DNA of 55,936 nt. Source: Verrucomicrobiota bacterium. Its GTDB lineage: Bacteria; Verrucomicrobiota; Verrucomicrobiia; Limisphaerales; CANJSG01. The notes beneath the pieces were generated by a model. It ran no database searches and was not told the DNA's origin. It saw only the letters and a list, made by a program, of their open reading frames with translations. Positions within the stretch are counted from its first letter, which is position 1, and the number at the start of each line of letters is the position of its first letter. Positions 19,408 through 29,395 of the stretch are shown piece by piece. Where the stretch lies: the NCBI GenBank assembly GCA_038209745.1, contig JBBQXJ010000025.1:1-55936 (forward strand), read 5' to 3'. A program made the translations under genes and the position numbers.

Positions 19408-20391
19408 ATGCGTATTTTGACCGGCATCCAGCCTTCGGGCGCGTTGCATCTCGGAAACTACTTCGGCGCCATGCGCCCGGCCATCGAACTACAGGACCAG
19501 GGCGAGGCTTTCTACTTCATCGCGGACTACCATTCGATGACCTCGTTGACCGATGCGAAGGCCCGGCGGCAGTTCACCCTGGATGTTGCGCTGGATTTTC
19601 TGGCCTGCGGACTCGATCCGGAGAAGGCGGTGTTTTGGCGGCAGTCGGACGTGCCACAGGTGACGGAGATCGCTTGGCTCCTCAGCACCGTGACGCCGAT
19701 GGGACTTCTGGAACGGGCCACTAGCTTCAAGGACAAGAAGGAGAAGCTCGCCTCGGGTGATCTGGACAAGGTGAACCATGGGCTCTTCGCCTATCCGGTC
19801 CTCATGGCGGCCGACATTCTGACCTTCGACGCCAACGTGGTTCCCGTCGGCAAGGACCAGAAGCAGCACCTGGAGATGGCCCGGGACATGGCGCAGAAGT
19901 TCAATGCGGCCTACGGGGAGACGTTCATCCTGCCGGAACCCCGGATTCAAGAGGCGGTCGCCGTTGTGCCCGGCACGGACGGTCAAAAGATGTCGAAAAG
20001 CTACGGCAACACTCTGGAGATCTTCGGCGAGGAAAAGGCATTGCGGAAGAAGGTCATGTCGATCGTCATGGACAGTCGGACGCCGGCCGATCCCAAGCCG
20101 GACGCGGACAAAAATGTGGTCATCCAGCTATTGAAACTGATTGCCGCAAAAGACGTGGCGGTCGAAATGGAGGACAAGCTCCGGGCCGGAGGATTTGGCT
20201 ACGGTGATTTGAAGAAGACGTTCTTCGAGCACTATTGGAACTACTTTGCTACGGCTCGATCCAAGCGGGCGGAATTAGCAGCCAATCTGGACCACGTCGA
20301 AAAGGTCCTTCGTTCTGGATCGGAAAGGGCGAAAGCCGTGGCGTTAACGGTCACGGAAAGAGCCAAGAACGCCTGCGGTCTTAGCGTATGA
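19408..20391 (+). CDS. trpS: Tryptophan--tRNA ligase
   Basis: TGIQPSG, HLGN, YPVLMAADIL, VPVGKDQ and KMSKS motifs. Confidence 0.97.
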   Translation: MRILTGIQPSGALHLGNYFGAMRPAIELQDQGEAFYFIADYHSMTSLTDAKARRQFTLDVALDFLACGLDPEKAVFWRQSDVPQVTEIAWLLSTVTPMGLLERATSFKDKKEKLASGDLDKVNHGLFAYPVLMAADILTFDANVVPVGKDQKQHLEMARDMAQKFNAAYGETFILPEPRIQEAVAVVPGTDGQKMSKSYGNTLEIFGEEKALRKKVMSIVMDSRTPADPKPDADKNVVIQLLKLIAAKDVAVEMEDKLRAGGFGYGDLKKTFFEHYWNYFATARSKRAELAANLDHVEKVLRSGSERAKAVALTVTERAKNACGLSV

Positions 20392-20593
20392 AGATTTGGG
20401 TATCGGAACCCGAACCCGAAGCGGTATCCGGCGTCGCTCCGGCGCTGTCACCTGATTGGGTCGGAAGAGTCTCTGCTTCGGCAGAGCGCAGCTTTTCCGC
20501 CATTCGGCCGGCTTGAGCTCGGCGGAAACGGGCGGATTGCAATGTCGAATCTACTGCCAGCAGTAGTGACAAAGGAGAGGCGGACTTTCTCAT
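20381..20593 (-). CDS. Small hypothetical protein
   Basis: 70-aa ORF with an ATG downstream of an AT-rich region; no recognisable motif. Confidence 0.3.
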   Translation of the reverse strand: MRKSASPLSLLLAVDSTLQSARFRRAQAGRMAEKLRSAEAETLPTQSGDSAGATPDTASGSGSDTQIFIR

Positions 20594-20802
20594 TTGTGTG
20601 AAAAAATCCTAGCACAGGATACTCCACCTCTAGCGAGAATTATTTTGCCTCATTGAGCGACACGGAGTCCAAAAATGGATCTAGCCATTCCAGCAAGTGG
20701 ACAAATTCGCCAATAAGTAACCCATGGTTTGGCAACAAATGCCTCGCCGTGAATCTGCGCGAGACAACTCAGCCGAGAGACGAAGACTATCGAGCACTTG
20801 TT

Positions 20803-21282
20803 TTATGTCAGAGAAGAAGGGTCTGCCTCTTGAATCGGGCGAAATTTACCTTCTTCGCAACAATGAACAAATCCCTCGGTGGCTGACTTCAATTCCTCCC
20901 ACCGAGCCCGGATGACCTTCGACTCTTTCGCGTTGATGTGGTTGTCAGCGGCAGCTGTAGCGATAACGGAAAGAAGGTCTGCGAATTCTTGGACGATGAG
21001 ATTGGTCGCGGGAACTACATAGAACGGATGGGGCCACTTCGTCTTGGGATTCTTCATGAAGAACCCGTCCGCTCGCTCCGCAAGCCATTGGACGATCTGG
21101 TCGTTCTGGGTGACCGACAGGAGTTGGGCGACACGCTCGAGCGGATTGGTGGATCCGCTCCCCGCCGAGTCTGACTGCTCGGCCCATTTGTAGATGAGGG
21201 AGAGCGAAAGGCCCATTTCCGACGAGATCTCCTTGGGGCTCGTCTTTTGAAAGATCTCGCGGAGCAGCTCGTGGGATTCCAT
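20803..21282 (-). CDS. Phage regulatory CII-like HTH protein
   Basis: MESHELLREIF..PKEISSEMGLSLSLIYKWAE..GSTNPLERV, i.e. an HTH plus a CII-like C-terminal helical region. Confidence 0.78.
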   Translation of the reverse strand: MESHELLREIFQKTSPKEISSEMGLSLSLIYKWAEQSDSAGSGSTNPLERVAQLLSVTQNDQIVQWLAERADGFFMKNPKTKWPHPFYVVPATNLIVQEFADLLSVIATAAADNHINAKESKVIRARWEELKSATEGFVHCCEEGKFRPIQEADPSSLT

Positions 21283-21387
21283 GGCGGCGGAGCTTGGAAA
21301 CGGCAGGCTTGGCTGGCAAGCACCGAGCGTATTTTGGAGGGAAGTTCCGTGTGCCCGGATGCCGTTCTGGTCTAGTCTTCGCCGGTC

Positions 21388-22167
21388 ATGACGTCGCCGA
21401 TCCAGCTCCTTTCCACCGACTTCGACGGGACCATTTTCGCGGAGTTTGAGAGTCCGCCCGTGCCGCCCCGTCTCCAGGAGCTGATCGCGCGGATCCAGGC
21501 GTCCGGCGGCAAGTGGGTCATCAACACGGGTCGCGAGATGTCGAGCCTGATGGAGGCGCTCGGCCGGTCGCGGTTGTCGGTCCAACCGGACTTCCTCGTG
21601 CTGGTGGAGCGGGAGATCTTCCTGCACGAGCACCAGCGATACGTCTCGCTGACGGAGTGGAACGACGCGTGCGAACGGGACCATGCGGCGCTCTTCGCCA
21701 AGGTGAAACCCGATGTGCCGGCGCTCTTCAGCTGGGTCGAGGAACGGTTCGAGGCGACGCTCTACGAGGATCTTTGGTCGCCCTTTTGCCTGATCGCGAA
21801 GTCTGCCCGGGACGCCGAAGCGGTGAACGATCATCTCGACGAGTATCGGCGTGGGATCCCCGGCTTGGTCGTCGTTCGGAACGACGTCTATCTGCGCTTC
21901 AGCCACGAGGACTACAACAAGGGAACGGCGCTCCGGGAGATCGCCCGGCGAATCGGCGTGGCGCCGGAGCATACCATGGCTGCCGGGGACCACATGAACG
22001 ACATCCCCATGCTCCAGCCCGGCGTGGCCCGTCATCTGGCGACGCCGCTCAACGGCATTCCGATGATCCGCGAATTGGTTCTCGGTCACGGAGGCTCTGT
22101 GGCCACGCAGCATTGCGGGCACGGAGTGGCCGATGCGATCGAAGCGGTTTTGGCGGAGATGGGTTAG
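21388..22167 (+). CDS. HAD-IIB family hydrolase/phosphatase
   Basis: STDFDGT, NTGR, YNKG and GDHMND motifs. Confidence 0.9.
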   Translation: MTSPIQLLSTDFDGTIFAEFESPPVPPRLQELIARIQASGGKWVINTGREMSSLMEALGRSRLSVQPDFLVLVEREIFLHEHQRYVSLTEWNDACERDHAALFAKVKPDVPALFSWVEERFEATLYEDLWSPFCLIAKSARDAEAVNDHLDEYRRGIPGLVVVRNDVYLRFSHEDYNKGTALREIARRIGVAPEHTMAAGDHMNDIPMLQPGVARHLATPLNGIPMIRELVLGHGGSVATQHCGHGVADAIEAVLAEMG

Positions 22168-22262
22168 TCCCGGAGGGCGCGGGAATATGCCGCGGATCGG
22201 CGCTTGGTTTGCGGAATGGCCGGAGTGTTCCGTTCGGAAAAGCCATCTCCGCCCGTCGGCGG

Positions 22263-23252
22263 CTACGGATTTAGTTCCTTCAGCCGGATGCAGGTGGCCG
22301 TGTGAGCGCCGCCGTCCAGCGACGCGAACTTCGGCGCTTCCAGCTTGCAGGCGTCGATCGCCCACGGACAGCGCGGGTGAAAGGTGCAGCCACTCGGTGG
22401 ATTGATCGGCGAGGGCGGGTCGCCGGGCAGCAGGATCCGCTGGCGGACGCGTTCCTTCTCGGGATCGGGCAGATGCACCGCGCTGACCAGCGCCTTGGTG
22501 TAGGGATGCAGCGGACGTTCAAAGACTTCGGATGCGTCGCCGAGTTCGACGATGCGGCCGAGATACATCACCGCGATCCGATCGGAGATGTGTTTCACCA
22601 CCGAGAGATCGTGGGAGATGAAGATGAGCGTCAGGCCGAGTTCGCGGGAGAGCTTGTAGAGCAGGTTGATGATCTGGGCCTGGATGGAGACGTCGAGCGC
22701 GGAGACCGGTTCGTCGGCCACGATCAGCTTGGGCTCCACTGCCAGAGCGCGGGCGATCGCGATGCGCTGGCGCTGTCCGCCGGAGAATTCGTGCGGATAT
22801 TTTTTGATGTAGCGCGGGGCGAGGCCGACCTTGTTCATGAGGGCGCTGACCGCTGCGGGCATGTCCGGGTCCGGCACCGGTTTGTGGGTCCGGATGGCCT
22901 CGGCCAACGCGTCATAGACCGTCATGCGCGGGTTCAGGGTCGCGTAAGGATCCTGGAAGATCATCTGGAAGTCCGCCCGCGCCGCACGCAACGAGGGTCC
23001 GGACAACGCGGACAGATTCTTTCCGGCGAGGACCACGGTGCCGTCGGTCGGCGGAATGAGCTGGAGAATGGTGCGGCCGAGGGTGGACTTGCCGCAGCCG
23101 GACTCCCCGACCAACCCCAGAATCTCGCCTTGCTCCAGCGAGAGATCCACGCCATCGACGGCCTTCACCACGCCGACGAGCTTCTTGAAGATGACGCCGC
23201 GCTCGATCGGGAAGTGCGTCTTGACGTTGGTGAGTTCGAGGAAGGCGCTCAT
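22263..23252 (-). CDS. oppF: Oligopeptide/dipeptide ABC transporter ATPase
   Basis: GESGCGKS, FSGGQRQR, DEPVSALD, HPYT and CTFHPRC motifs. Confidence 0.93.
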   Translation of the reverse strand: MSAFLELTNVKTHFPIERGVIFKKLVGVVKAVDGVDLSLEQGEILGLVGESGCGKSTLGRTILQLIPPTDGTVVLAGKNLSALSGPSLRAARADFQMIFQDPYATLNPRMTVYDALAEAIRTHKPVPDPDMPAAVSALMNKVGLAPRYIKKYPHEFSGGQRQRIAIARALAVEPKLIVADEPVSALDVSIQAQIINLLYKLSRELGLTLIFISHDLSVVKHISDRIAVMYLGRIVELGDASEVFERPLHPYTKALVSAVHLPDPEKERVRQRILLPGDPPSPINPPSGCTFHPRCPWAIDACKLEAPKFASLDGGAHTATCIRLKELNP

Positions 23253-23512
23253 TCGCCGGAATTCCCTGCCTCTTCGATGCTTTTGCGGAACGCTTTCTCT
23301 GCTTTCTTGGCGGCTTTGACGGCGTTTTTCACAAGGTCTGCGTGGACCAGATTCGCCGCCCCATCGGCTCCTATTCCGCTGCGGGCCTGCTCGATCGTGA
23401 GCGCTGCCCGACCGATCACGAGGTAGAGTTCTTCGAGCAGCTCCCTCGCCGGCTGCAGGGTCTGCGCCTGGCGCTTGGACTCACGGGTTCGCTTCGATTG
23501 TTTGGTCTTCAT
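23249..23512 (-). CDS. Small hypothetical protein between oppD and oppF
   Basis: 87-aa ORF starting 8 nt after the oppD stop, with an ATGA overlap into oppF. Confidence 0.55.
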   Translation of the reverse strand: MKTKQSKRTRESKRQAQTLQPARELLEELYLVIGRAALTIEQARSGIGADGAANLVHADLVKNAVKAAKKAEKAFRKSIEEAGNSGE

Positions 23513-23520
23513 GTCGTTTC

Positions 23521-24501
23521 CTAGAGTTTCAGTTCCCCACCCGACACCCGTGTGCAAGCCGTCCCGTGACCCGGCTCCATTTCGACAAGGGTCATCGGAG
23601 CCTGCCGGCAGGAATCGACGGCGAATTCGCAGCGGGTCTTGAAGGGGCAGCCTTCGATCGGTCTGGAGACGTCCGGCGGCATCCCGGGAATGGTGTAGAG
23701 CTCGGCGCCCTTCGCCTGCAGCGCCGGCCGGCTCTTCTGGAGGGCGCGGGTGTAGGGATGGCGGGGATGGTAGAAGATGTCGTCCGTCTTGGCCGCTTCC
23801 ATGGCCTTGCCGGCATACATGACCATCACCCGGTCACAGAAACCCGCGACGGTGCCAAGGTCGTGGCTGATGAAGATGACCGCCGTGCCGAGCTCCTGCT
23901 GCATCTTCTTGATGAGCTCCAGGATCTGGGCCTGCACCGTGACGTCGAGCGCGGTGGTCGGCTCGTCGGCGATGAGCAGGTCCGGCTTGGTGTTGCGCGC
24001 CTTGGCGATCATCACCCGCTGCCGCATGCCGCCGGAGAATTCGTGGGGGAAGCTGCGCATTCTCGCCTCGGGCGCGGGAATGCCGACGTTCTTCATCGCT
24101 TCCAGCGCGCGGCGGCAGGCCTCCGGTTTGTCGCACATCTTGTGGATCAAAAGCGGCTCGATGATCTGGTCCTCGACCCGCATGTAGGGGTTCAAGGAGG
24201 TCATCGGATCCTGGAAGATCATCGCGACGCGGCGACCCCGGATCGCGGCGAGCTGCTGCTTGGTGCAGTTCAGCAGGTCGGTGCCGTCGAACTTTGCGGT
24301 GCCGCCCTCGATGCGTCCCGGCGGCTGGGGGATGAGCCCCATCATGCTGTAGCAGGCGACGGATTTGCCGGAGCCGGACTCGCCGACGATGCCGAGGGTT
24401 TCGCCCTTCTCGATGGAGAAGGAGACGCCGTCCACCGCCCGCACGACGCCCGCGCGGGTGTGGAAGTAGGTCTTGAGATTCTTGACTTCGAGGAGGGGCA
24501 T
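23521..24501 (-). CDS. oppD: Oligopeptide/dipeptide ABC transporter ATPase
   Basis: [25 protein letters not shown] and DEPTTALDV motifs. Confidence 0.93.
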   Translation of the reverse strand: MPLLEVKNLKTYFHTRAGVVRAVDGVSFSIEKGETLGIVGESGSGKSVACYSMMGLIPQPPGRIEGGTAKFDGTDLLNCTKQQLAAIRGRRVAMIFQDPMTSLNPYMRVEDQIIEPLLIHKMCDKPEACRRALEAMKNVGIPAPEARMRSFPHEFSGGMRQRVMIAKARNTKPDLLIADEPTTALDVTVQAQILELIKKMQQELGTAVIFISHDLGTVAGFCDRVMVMYAGKAMEAAKTDDIFYHPRHPYTRALQKSRPALQAKGAELYTIPGMPPDVSRPIEGCPFKTRCEFAVDSCRQAPMTLVEMEPGHGTACTRVSGGELKL

Positions 24502-24545
24502 GTCGCTTAGACCACGAATGGAGACGGAAGGGACCGACAGATTCG

Positions 24546-24621
24546 ACCGTAGAAAACGCGGATCACGCGGAAGAAAATCTTCGCAGGAATTCCCTTCTGC
24601 GCGGTCTGCGTTTTTTGCGGT
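24546..24621. repeat. REP-like palindromic element (ACCGCAGA...TCTGCGGT class)
   Basis: accgtagaaaacgcggatcacgcggaag pairs imperfectly with cttctgcgcggtctgcgttttttgcggt. A related element lies at 37200-37250. Confidence 0.65.
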
Positions 24622-24636
24622 GTTGTCATGGCTGGA

Positions 24637-25554
24637 TCAGTCTTTGGACGCCTTCGGATCCAGCGCGTCGCGGAGACCGTCGCCGAGGAAGTTCAGGCAG
24701 AACAGGGTCGCGGAGAGGAAGGTGCCGGGGATGATCAGCATCCACCAGAACTCCTCCATCACCTCCGCGCCGTCCTTGATCATCGAGCCCCAGGAGCTCA
24801 TTGGCGCCTGCACGCCGAGACCGAGGAAGCTCAGGAACGCCTCCAGCAACATCACCGCCGGAATGGTCAGCGTGGTGTAGACCATGACCGGCCCGAGGAC
24901 GTTCGGCAGCATATGGCGGAGAATGATCCGGCGACGCGATAGGCCGAGGGCGAAGGCCGCCTCGATGAACTCCGTCTTGCGCAGCGACATCACCTGGCCC
25001 CGGACGATGCGCGCCATGGTCAGCCATTCCACCGCGCCGATGGCGGCGAAGATCAGCAGCAGGCTCCGCCCGAAGTAGACCATCAACAGGATGACGAACA
25101 CCGTGAAGGGCAGGGCCGCGAGGATCTCGACGAAGCGCATCATCACGTTGTCCAGCTTCCCGCCGACGAAGCCCGAGATCGCGCCATAGAGCACGCCGAT
25201 GGTCAACGACACGAGCGTCGCGCACATTCCCACCGCCAGCGAAACCCGGCCGCCATACATGATGCGCGTGAGCTGGTCGCGCCCGAGCTTGTCGGTGCCG
25301 AACCAGTTTCTCGCGTTCGGAGGTTCGGCATAGCGGATGGTGCCGGCCGCGTCCTCGTTGATCTGGTCGTAGGTATAGGGCGAGAGGAACGGGCCGAAGA
25401 CGCAGAAGACGACCATGGCGCCCAGCAGCAACGTGCTCAGGAAGGCCATCCGGTTCTTCTTCATCCGGTGCCAGGCGTCTTTCCAGAGGGACGTGCCCTC
25501 CTCCGCCTGCTCCAGCGGGTCGACGAACGGGACGGGAATGTCGGTGACGGGCAT
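24637..25554 (-). CDS. oppC: Oligopeptide ABC transporter permease
   Basis: WFGTDKLGRD, EAA motif (FIEAAFALG) and RHMLPN. Confidence 0.93.
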   Translation of the reverse strand: MPVTDIPVPFVDPLEQAEEGTSLWKDAWHRMKKNRMAFLSTLLLGAMVVFCVFGPFLSPYTYDQINEDAAGTIRYAEPPNARNWFGTDKLGRDQLTRIMYGGRVSLAVGMCATLVSLTIGVLYGAISGFVGGKLDNVMMRFVEILAALPFTVFVILLMVYFGRSLLLIFAAIGAVEWLTMARIVRGQVMSLRKTEFIEAAFALGLSRRRIILRHMLPNVLGPVMVYTTLTIPAVMLLEAFLSFLGLGVQAPMSSWGSMIKDGAEVMEEFWWMLIIPGTFLSATLFCLNFLGDGLRDALDPKASKD

Positions 25555-25555
25555 G

Positions 25556-26473
25556 TTACTGGAGTTTCAGCTTGGGGTTCAGCCAGACGAGGATCACGTC
25601 CACCAGCAGGTTCAGCAGCACCAGCAGCGTGGCGAAAAACAGCGCCGTGCCGATCACCATCGTGTGGTCGCGGTTGAAGACGGAAGTGACGAAGTGCCGG
25701 CCGATCCCCGGGATCTGGAAGATGGACTCGATGACGAACGAGCCCGTCATGATGCCGGCCGTCGCCGGTCCGAGAAACGACACGACCGGCAGCAGCCCGC
25801 CCCGGAGCGCGTGCCGCAGGACCACGCGGGTCTCGCTGGCGCCCTTGGCCCGGGCCGTTCGGATGAAGTCCTGGTTCATGATCTCCAGCATGCCGCCCCG
25901 GGTCATCCGGGACACATAGGCGGCGTAGGCGAAGCCGAGCGCGACTGCCGGCAGCACGTAGTCGCTGGTCTCGAACAATCCGGAGGCGTTGAACCACCGG
26001 AGGTTCAGCGCGAAGACCAGCACCAGGAGCGGGCCGGTGACGAACGTCGGCACGCAGATGCCCAGGATCGAGATGCTGGAGGCGAAGTAGTCGATGAACG
26101 AGTTCGGCTTGAGCGCGGCGATGACACCCGCCGTGATCCCGAAGACGAGAGCGATGGAGAGCGCCATCAGGCCGAGGCGCATGGAGACGGGGAACGTCTC
26201 CATGATCATCTCCCTCACCGTGCGATTGGTGTATTTCATCGAGGGACCCAGGTCGCCCTTGCACAGGCGGACCATGTAGTCCGTGTATTGGCGCCACAAC
26301 GGCTGGTTCAAGCCGTAGTAGTCCTCCAGCTGCTTCCTGATCTCGGGGGCCGCGCTTTTCTCCGAGTCGAAGGGGCCGCCGGGCACGCTGCGGACCATGA
26401 AGAACGTCACCGTGGCGACGATGAACAGAACCGGGATAGTCTGCAAAAGGCGGAGGACAATGAATCTGAGCAT
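25556..26473 (-). CDS. oppB: Oligopeptide ABC transporter permease
   Basis: PGGPF, GDLGPS, DFIRTARAKG and IESIFQIPGIG motifs. Confidence 0.93.
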   Translation of the reverse strand: MLRFIVLRLLQTIPVLFIVATVTFFMVRSVPGGPFDSEKSAAPEIRKQLEDYYGLNQPLWRQYTDYMVRLCKGDLGPSMKYTNRTVREMIMETFPVSMRLGLMALSIALVFGITAGVIAALKPNSFIDYFASSISILGICVPTFVTGPLLVLVFALNLRWFNASGLFETSDYVLPAVALGFAYAAYVSRMTRGGMLEIMNQDFIRTARAKGASETRVVLRHALRGGLLPVVSFLGPATAGIMTGSFVIESIFQIPGIGRHFVTSVFNRDHTMVIGTALFFATLLVLLNLLVDVILVWLNPKLKLQ

Positions 26474-26828
26474 GGCGAAGTCAGGCGGTCAGCGAGATTG
26501 GGCTGGGTCTGGCGGCGTGGGCCATGGGCCGGACAATGTGGGAGGCCCCGGCCGGCTTCAAGTCGTCGTCACGCATTTGTATGAATCTGACCGGGGGCGG
26601 CTCCGCGTTCGCCCACCCTGTTTCAGTGGGTGGAGGAACCGGGAACGGACTCGAGGCGGGGCACACACGCCCCGAGTCCGTGCAGCCTGCCGGTCCACCG
26701 CCGATTCCAGCCCGCTTTTTTCACCTGTCCGGCACACCGACATGACACACATACCCCAGTCGGTAGACTTCTCGCTGCCGCGACCCCGGAGCTCTGGACA
26801 GTCTCGCAGGTTTGAAGACACTCCCAAG

Positions 26829-27524
26829 TCAGCCGATATCGGTTGCGATCTCATTCCGCGTCGGGTCAGTCACTGGGAAGAATCCCTCCGCGACTAGCCT
26901 GGCAAGGAGCGCATCGCCACCGTTCGAGCGCGCAAAGGCAGCCTCTGATTCGCTGATGCCGACGGTCTGAAAGAAATCAAACTCTCCTGATTCCAGACGT
27001 CCGGTTCGGGGAAACTGCGAAGGCGGGGCCATCATGAGATGGGTGATAATGCTTGAGCCGGGACAAATGGGACCACGCATGGGGACTCTATCAAAATCGT
27101 TCAACGGCTCCTTCCCCGGATAGCGTCCGTGACATAGCAAGATCTGAAACGCCATCAACTGAAGCAGCCGTCGAATTGCCCATTCAGCCTGCTCGGCGGT
27201 CTCAAAGACAAACTCGCATCCGAGACCAGACAGCTTGGTGGAGTCGGGCGTGTCTGACTCCCAGTCGTTGGACATGCCTGAAGTCACGTAGAGCCAAGAA
27301 TCACGGGTATGAGAAGGCGCATACTCGAAGACCCCGCAGTGTAACCACCGGGGGTCGCAAGACTCTTGCGCGAACAGGTCCGTGAACACGCTTGCTGGTA
27401 TCGTGAAGATCCCTTTGGCACACGAACCAAACAGCAAAGGATAGATAGATTCCTCCCGATACTTCCACACGCGCTCAAACCATCCTTCCGAGTCTTGATT
27501 GCCGTCTGTTCGGGACATGTTCAT
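26829..27524 (-). CDS. Suppressor-of-fused (SUFU) domain protein
   Basis: WLYVTSGMS, GCEFVFET and GISESE motifs; lower-GC codon usage. Confidence 0.82.
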   Translation of the reverse strand: MNMSRTDGNQDSEGWFERVWKYREESIYPLLFGSCAKGIFTIPASVFTDLFAQESCDPRWLHCGVFEYAPSHTRDSWLYVTSGMSNDWESDTPDSTKLSGLGCEFVFETAEQAEWAIRRLLQLMAFQILLCHGRYPGKEPLNDFDRVPMRGPICPGSSIITHLMMAPPSQFPRTGRLESGEFDFFQTVGISESEAAFARSNGGDALLARLVAEGFFPVTDPTRNEIATDIG

Positions 27525-27536
27525 GGCGGTTCAGTT

Positions 27537-27608
27537 CTTCCTCCTCGTCCTCGTCATTTTCTGTTCCTGACCGACGAGGACGAAGAGGAGGAGAAGGACG
27601 AGGATTGG
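27537..27608. repeat. REP-like TCCTCGTC/GACGAGGA palindromic element
   Basis: cttcctcctcgtcctcgtc ... gacgaggacgaagaggaggagaaggacgagga. Confidence 0.65.
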
Positions 27609-27609
27609 G

Positions 27610-28770
27610 TTACTTGTTGAACGACTTCGCGAAGGTGTCGTCCTGGATCTCCACCACCTTCTTCTCGAATTTCGAGTCGCGGATCAGGCCCAGCAGTTTC
27701 CGCTCGAATTCGCCGCCGTTCAGCGGGAGGTCCACCACTTCGGCCAACAGGGAGGAGTAGAGCATCGCGTTTGCCAGTTCGACCGAGCCGATCCCCTCTT
27801 CACCCGGCGCGATCAGGGGCGCGCCGTCGAATATGTGGTCGGCGAAGTTGTTCATCAACGCGGCGTGCGGCGCGGGATTGTCGGCGAAGGGCACGTCCGC
27901 CACCCAGACCTCGGGTTTGGCGAAGCCGACCTTGGCCGTGCGGCTGAACTCCAGCATGTCCGCGTCGTTCCGGGTCAGGGTCAGCTTGTTGTTTTCCAGC
28001 ACCAACCGGCCGCGCGTGCCGGCGATCTCGAAGCGGTTCGTGCCCGGCGCCTCGCCGGTGGAGGTGATGAAGACGCCGGTCGCGCCATTCTTCCACTGGA
28101 GGTAGGCGGTCACGTTGTCCTCCACCTCGATGTTGTGAAAGCGGCCGAGCTGGCAGAAGCCGCGCACGGTCTCGGGCATCCCGCAGAGCCACTGGAGCAC
28201 GTCGAGATTGTGCAGGCATTGGTTCAGCAACACGCCGCCGCCTTCGCCCTTCCACGTCGCCCGCCAACCGCCACTGGAATAGTAGGCCTCGGTGCGGAAC
28301 CAGTCGGTGATGGTCCAGCTCACGCGGACGACTTCGCCCAGATCGCCGGACTGGAGGATCCGTTGGATGCGCTGGTAACGCGGCTCGACCCGAAGCTGGA
28401 ACATGCCGCCGAACGCCAGCTTGGGATGCGCCCTGGCCGAGGCGACGAGCTTTTCGGCGTCGGCTTTGTGCGCGGAAATGGGCTTCTCCACCATGACGTG
28501 CAGCCCTGCCTCGAAGGCCGCGATGCCGATGGTCGTGTGTTGGTAGTGGGGGGTGGCGATGATGACCGCGTCGACTGCCCCGGAGCGGATCAGCTCGCCG
28601 GAATCGCCGAAGACCCTTATCTCCTTGGCCTCGTAGCTGGCGAGCTTGTGCGGCGAGGTGCTGCCCACCGCGGTCAACCTGCAGCGCGGCGCCATGCCGT
28701 CGAGCAGGTAGCCGGCGTGGTGTTTGCCGATGTTCCCCATGCCGATGACGCCGATGCGGAGCTGGTTCAT
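27610..28770 (-). CDS. Gfo/Idh/MocA oxidoreductase
   Basis: GVIGMGNIG, IATPHYQH, VEKP and EGGGVLLNQCLHNLD motifs. Confidence 0.93.
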   Translation of the reverse strand: MNQLRIGVIGMGNIGKHHAGYLLDGMAPRCRLTAVGSTSPHKLASYEAKEIRVFGDSGELIRSGAVDAVIIATPHYQHTTIGIAAFEAGLHVMVEKPISAHKADAEKLVASARAHPKLAFGGMFQLRVEPRYQRIQRILQSGDLGEVVRVSWTITDWFRTEAYYSSGGWRATWKGEGGGVLLNQCLHNLDVLQWLCGMPETVRGFCQLGRFHNIEVEDNVTAYLQWKNGATGVFITSTGEAPGTNRFEIAGTRGRLVLENNKLTLTRNDADMLEFSRTAKVGFAKPEVWVADVPFADNPAPHAALMNNFADHIFDGAPLIAPGEEGIGSVELANAMLYSSLLAEVVDLPLNGGEFERKLLGLIRDSKFEKKVVEIQDDTFAKSFNK

Positions 28771-28886
28771 GGCCCGGACTATCGCGACCGGGAGAAATGG
28801 CCGGCAAGCGTTTTGGCCCCCGTTGAAAGGCGGAGCCCGACCTTAGGCTTGAACGAAACCGGCCGATCTGTGTCTATGGGTTCGCA

Positions 28887-29297
28887 GTGAAAACGTTCTT
28901 CCGGATCATGGCAGTCTGCTTGGCGCTCCTTTGGGTGCCGGTGAGCGGCCATTGCCAGATCGAGGCGTTGACCGGGGCGGCGCTCTTCGCCTGTGCCGGG
29001 GATTCGGGGCACGACGACGGCCCCGCTTCCGCGCCGACGGACGACCATTGCGGCGCCGATTCCTGCGCGACCGTCGAGGACGGCCACTACCGTTGCGACG
29101 TCCAGGTGGTCACAGCCACCCCGCCGATCGGTTCCAACCTGTTGCTTTCCCTGCGGGTCCCGGACACTTCGGACTTGGATCTCTCGCCGGCGGACAATCT
29201 TTCCGCCACCGGGCAACCTCCGCCCGAGCTCGCCGTCTCCTGGCAGTTCTCTTACCGCACGGTGCTCCCGCCGCGCGCTCCTTCCTTCGTTTCTTAA
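28887..29297 (+). CDS. CzcI-like putative metal-binding accessory protein
   Basis: Signal-like N-terminus, Cys/His/Asp-rich core and C-terminal PRAPS; first gene of a czc-type operon. Confidence 0.7.
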   Translation: MKTFFRIMAVCLALLWVPVSGHCQIEALTGAALFACAGDSGHDDGPASAPTDDHCGADSCATVEDGHYRCDVQVVTATPPIGSNLLLSLRVPDTSDLDLSPADNLSATGQPPPELAVSWQFSYRTVLPPRAPSFVS

Positions 29298-29395
29298 ACG
29301 CGCCCTCACCCGAGGGCTTCCTGTCTCGCCGGACTTCGGTCCGGTGACGATTCAACCGCACGGATCTTTCCCCGTGCTCCCGTTGGCGACCGTTT

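Noticed and set aside
20786..20813. dif-like TTATGTCA half-site (also TTATGTCC near 52787)
   Set aside because: No matching XerC arm; at 20803 it is simply the stop of the CII-like gene.
21283..22365. N-terminal extension of the 520-aa ORF
   Set aside because: Antisense to the HAD gene; only 20803-21282 is the real CII-like CDS.
23985..24010. Odd OppD motif IAKARNTKP instead of IAMALxxxP
   Set aside because: Three single T-to-A/G changes would restore 'MALI'. This is more likely base-calling error than novel biology and needs a read check.
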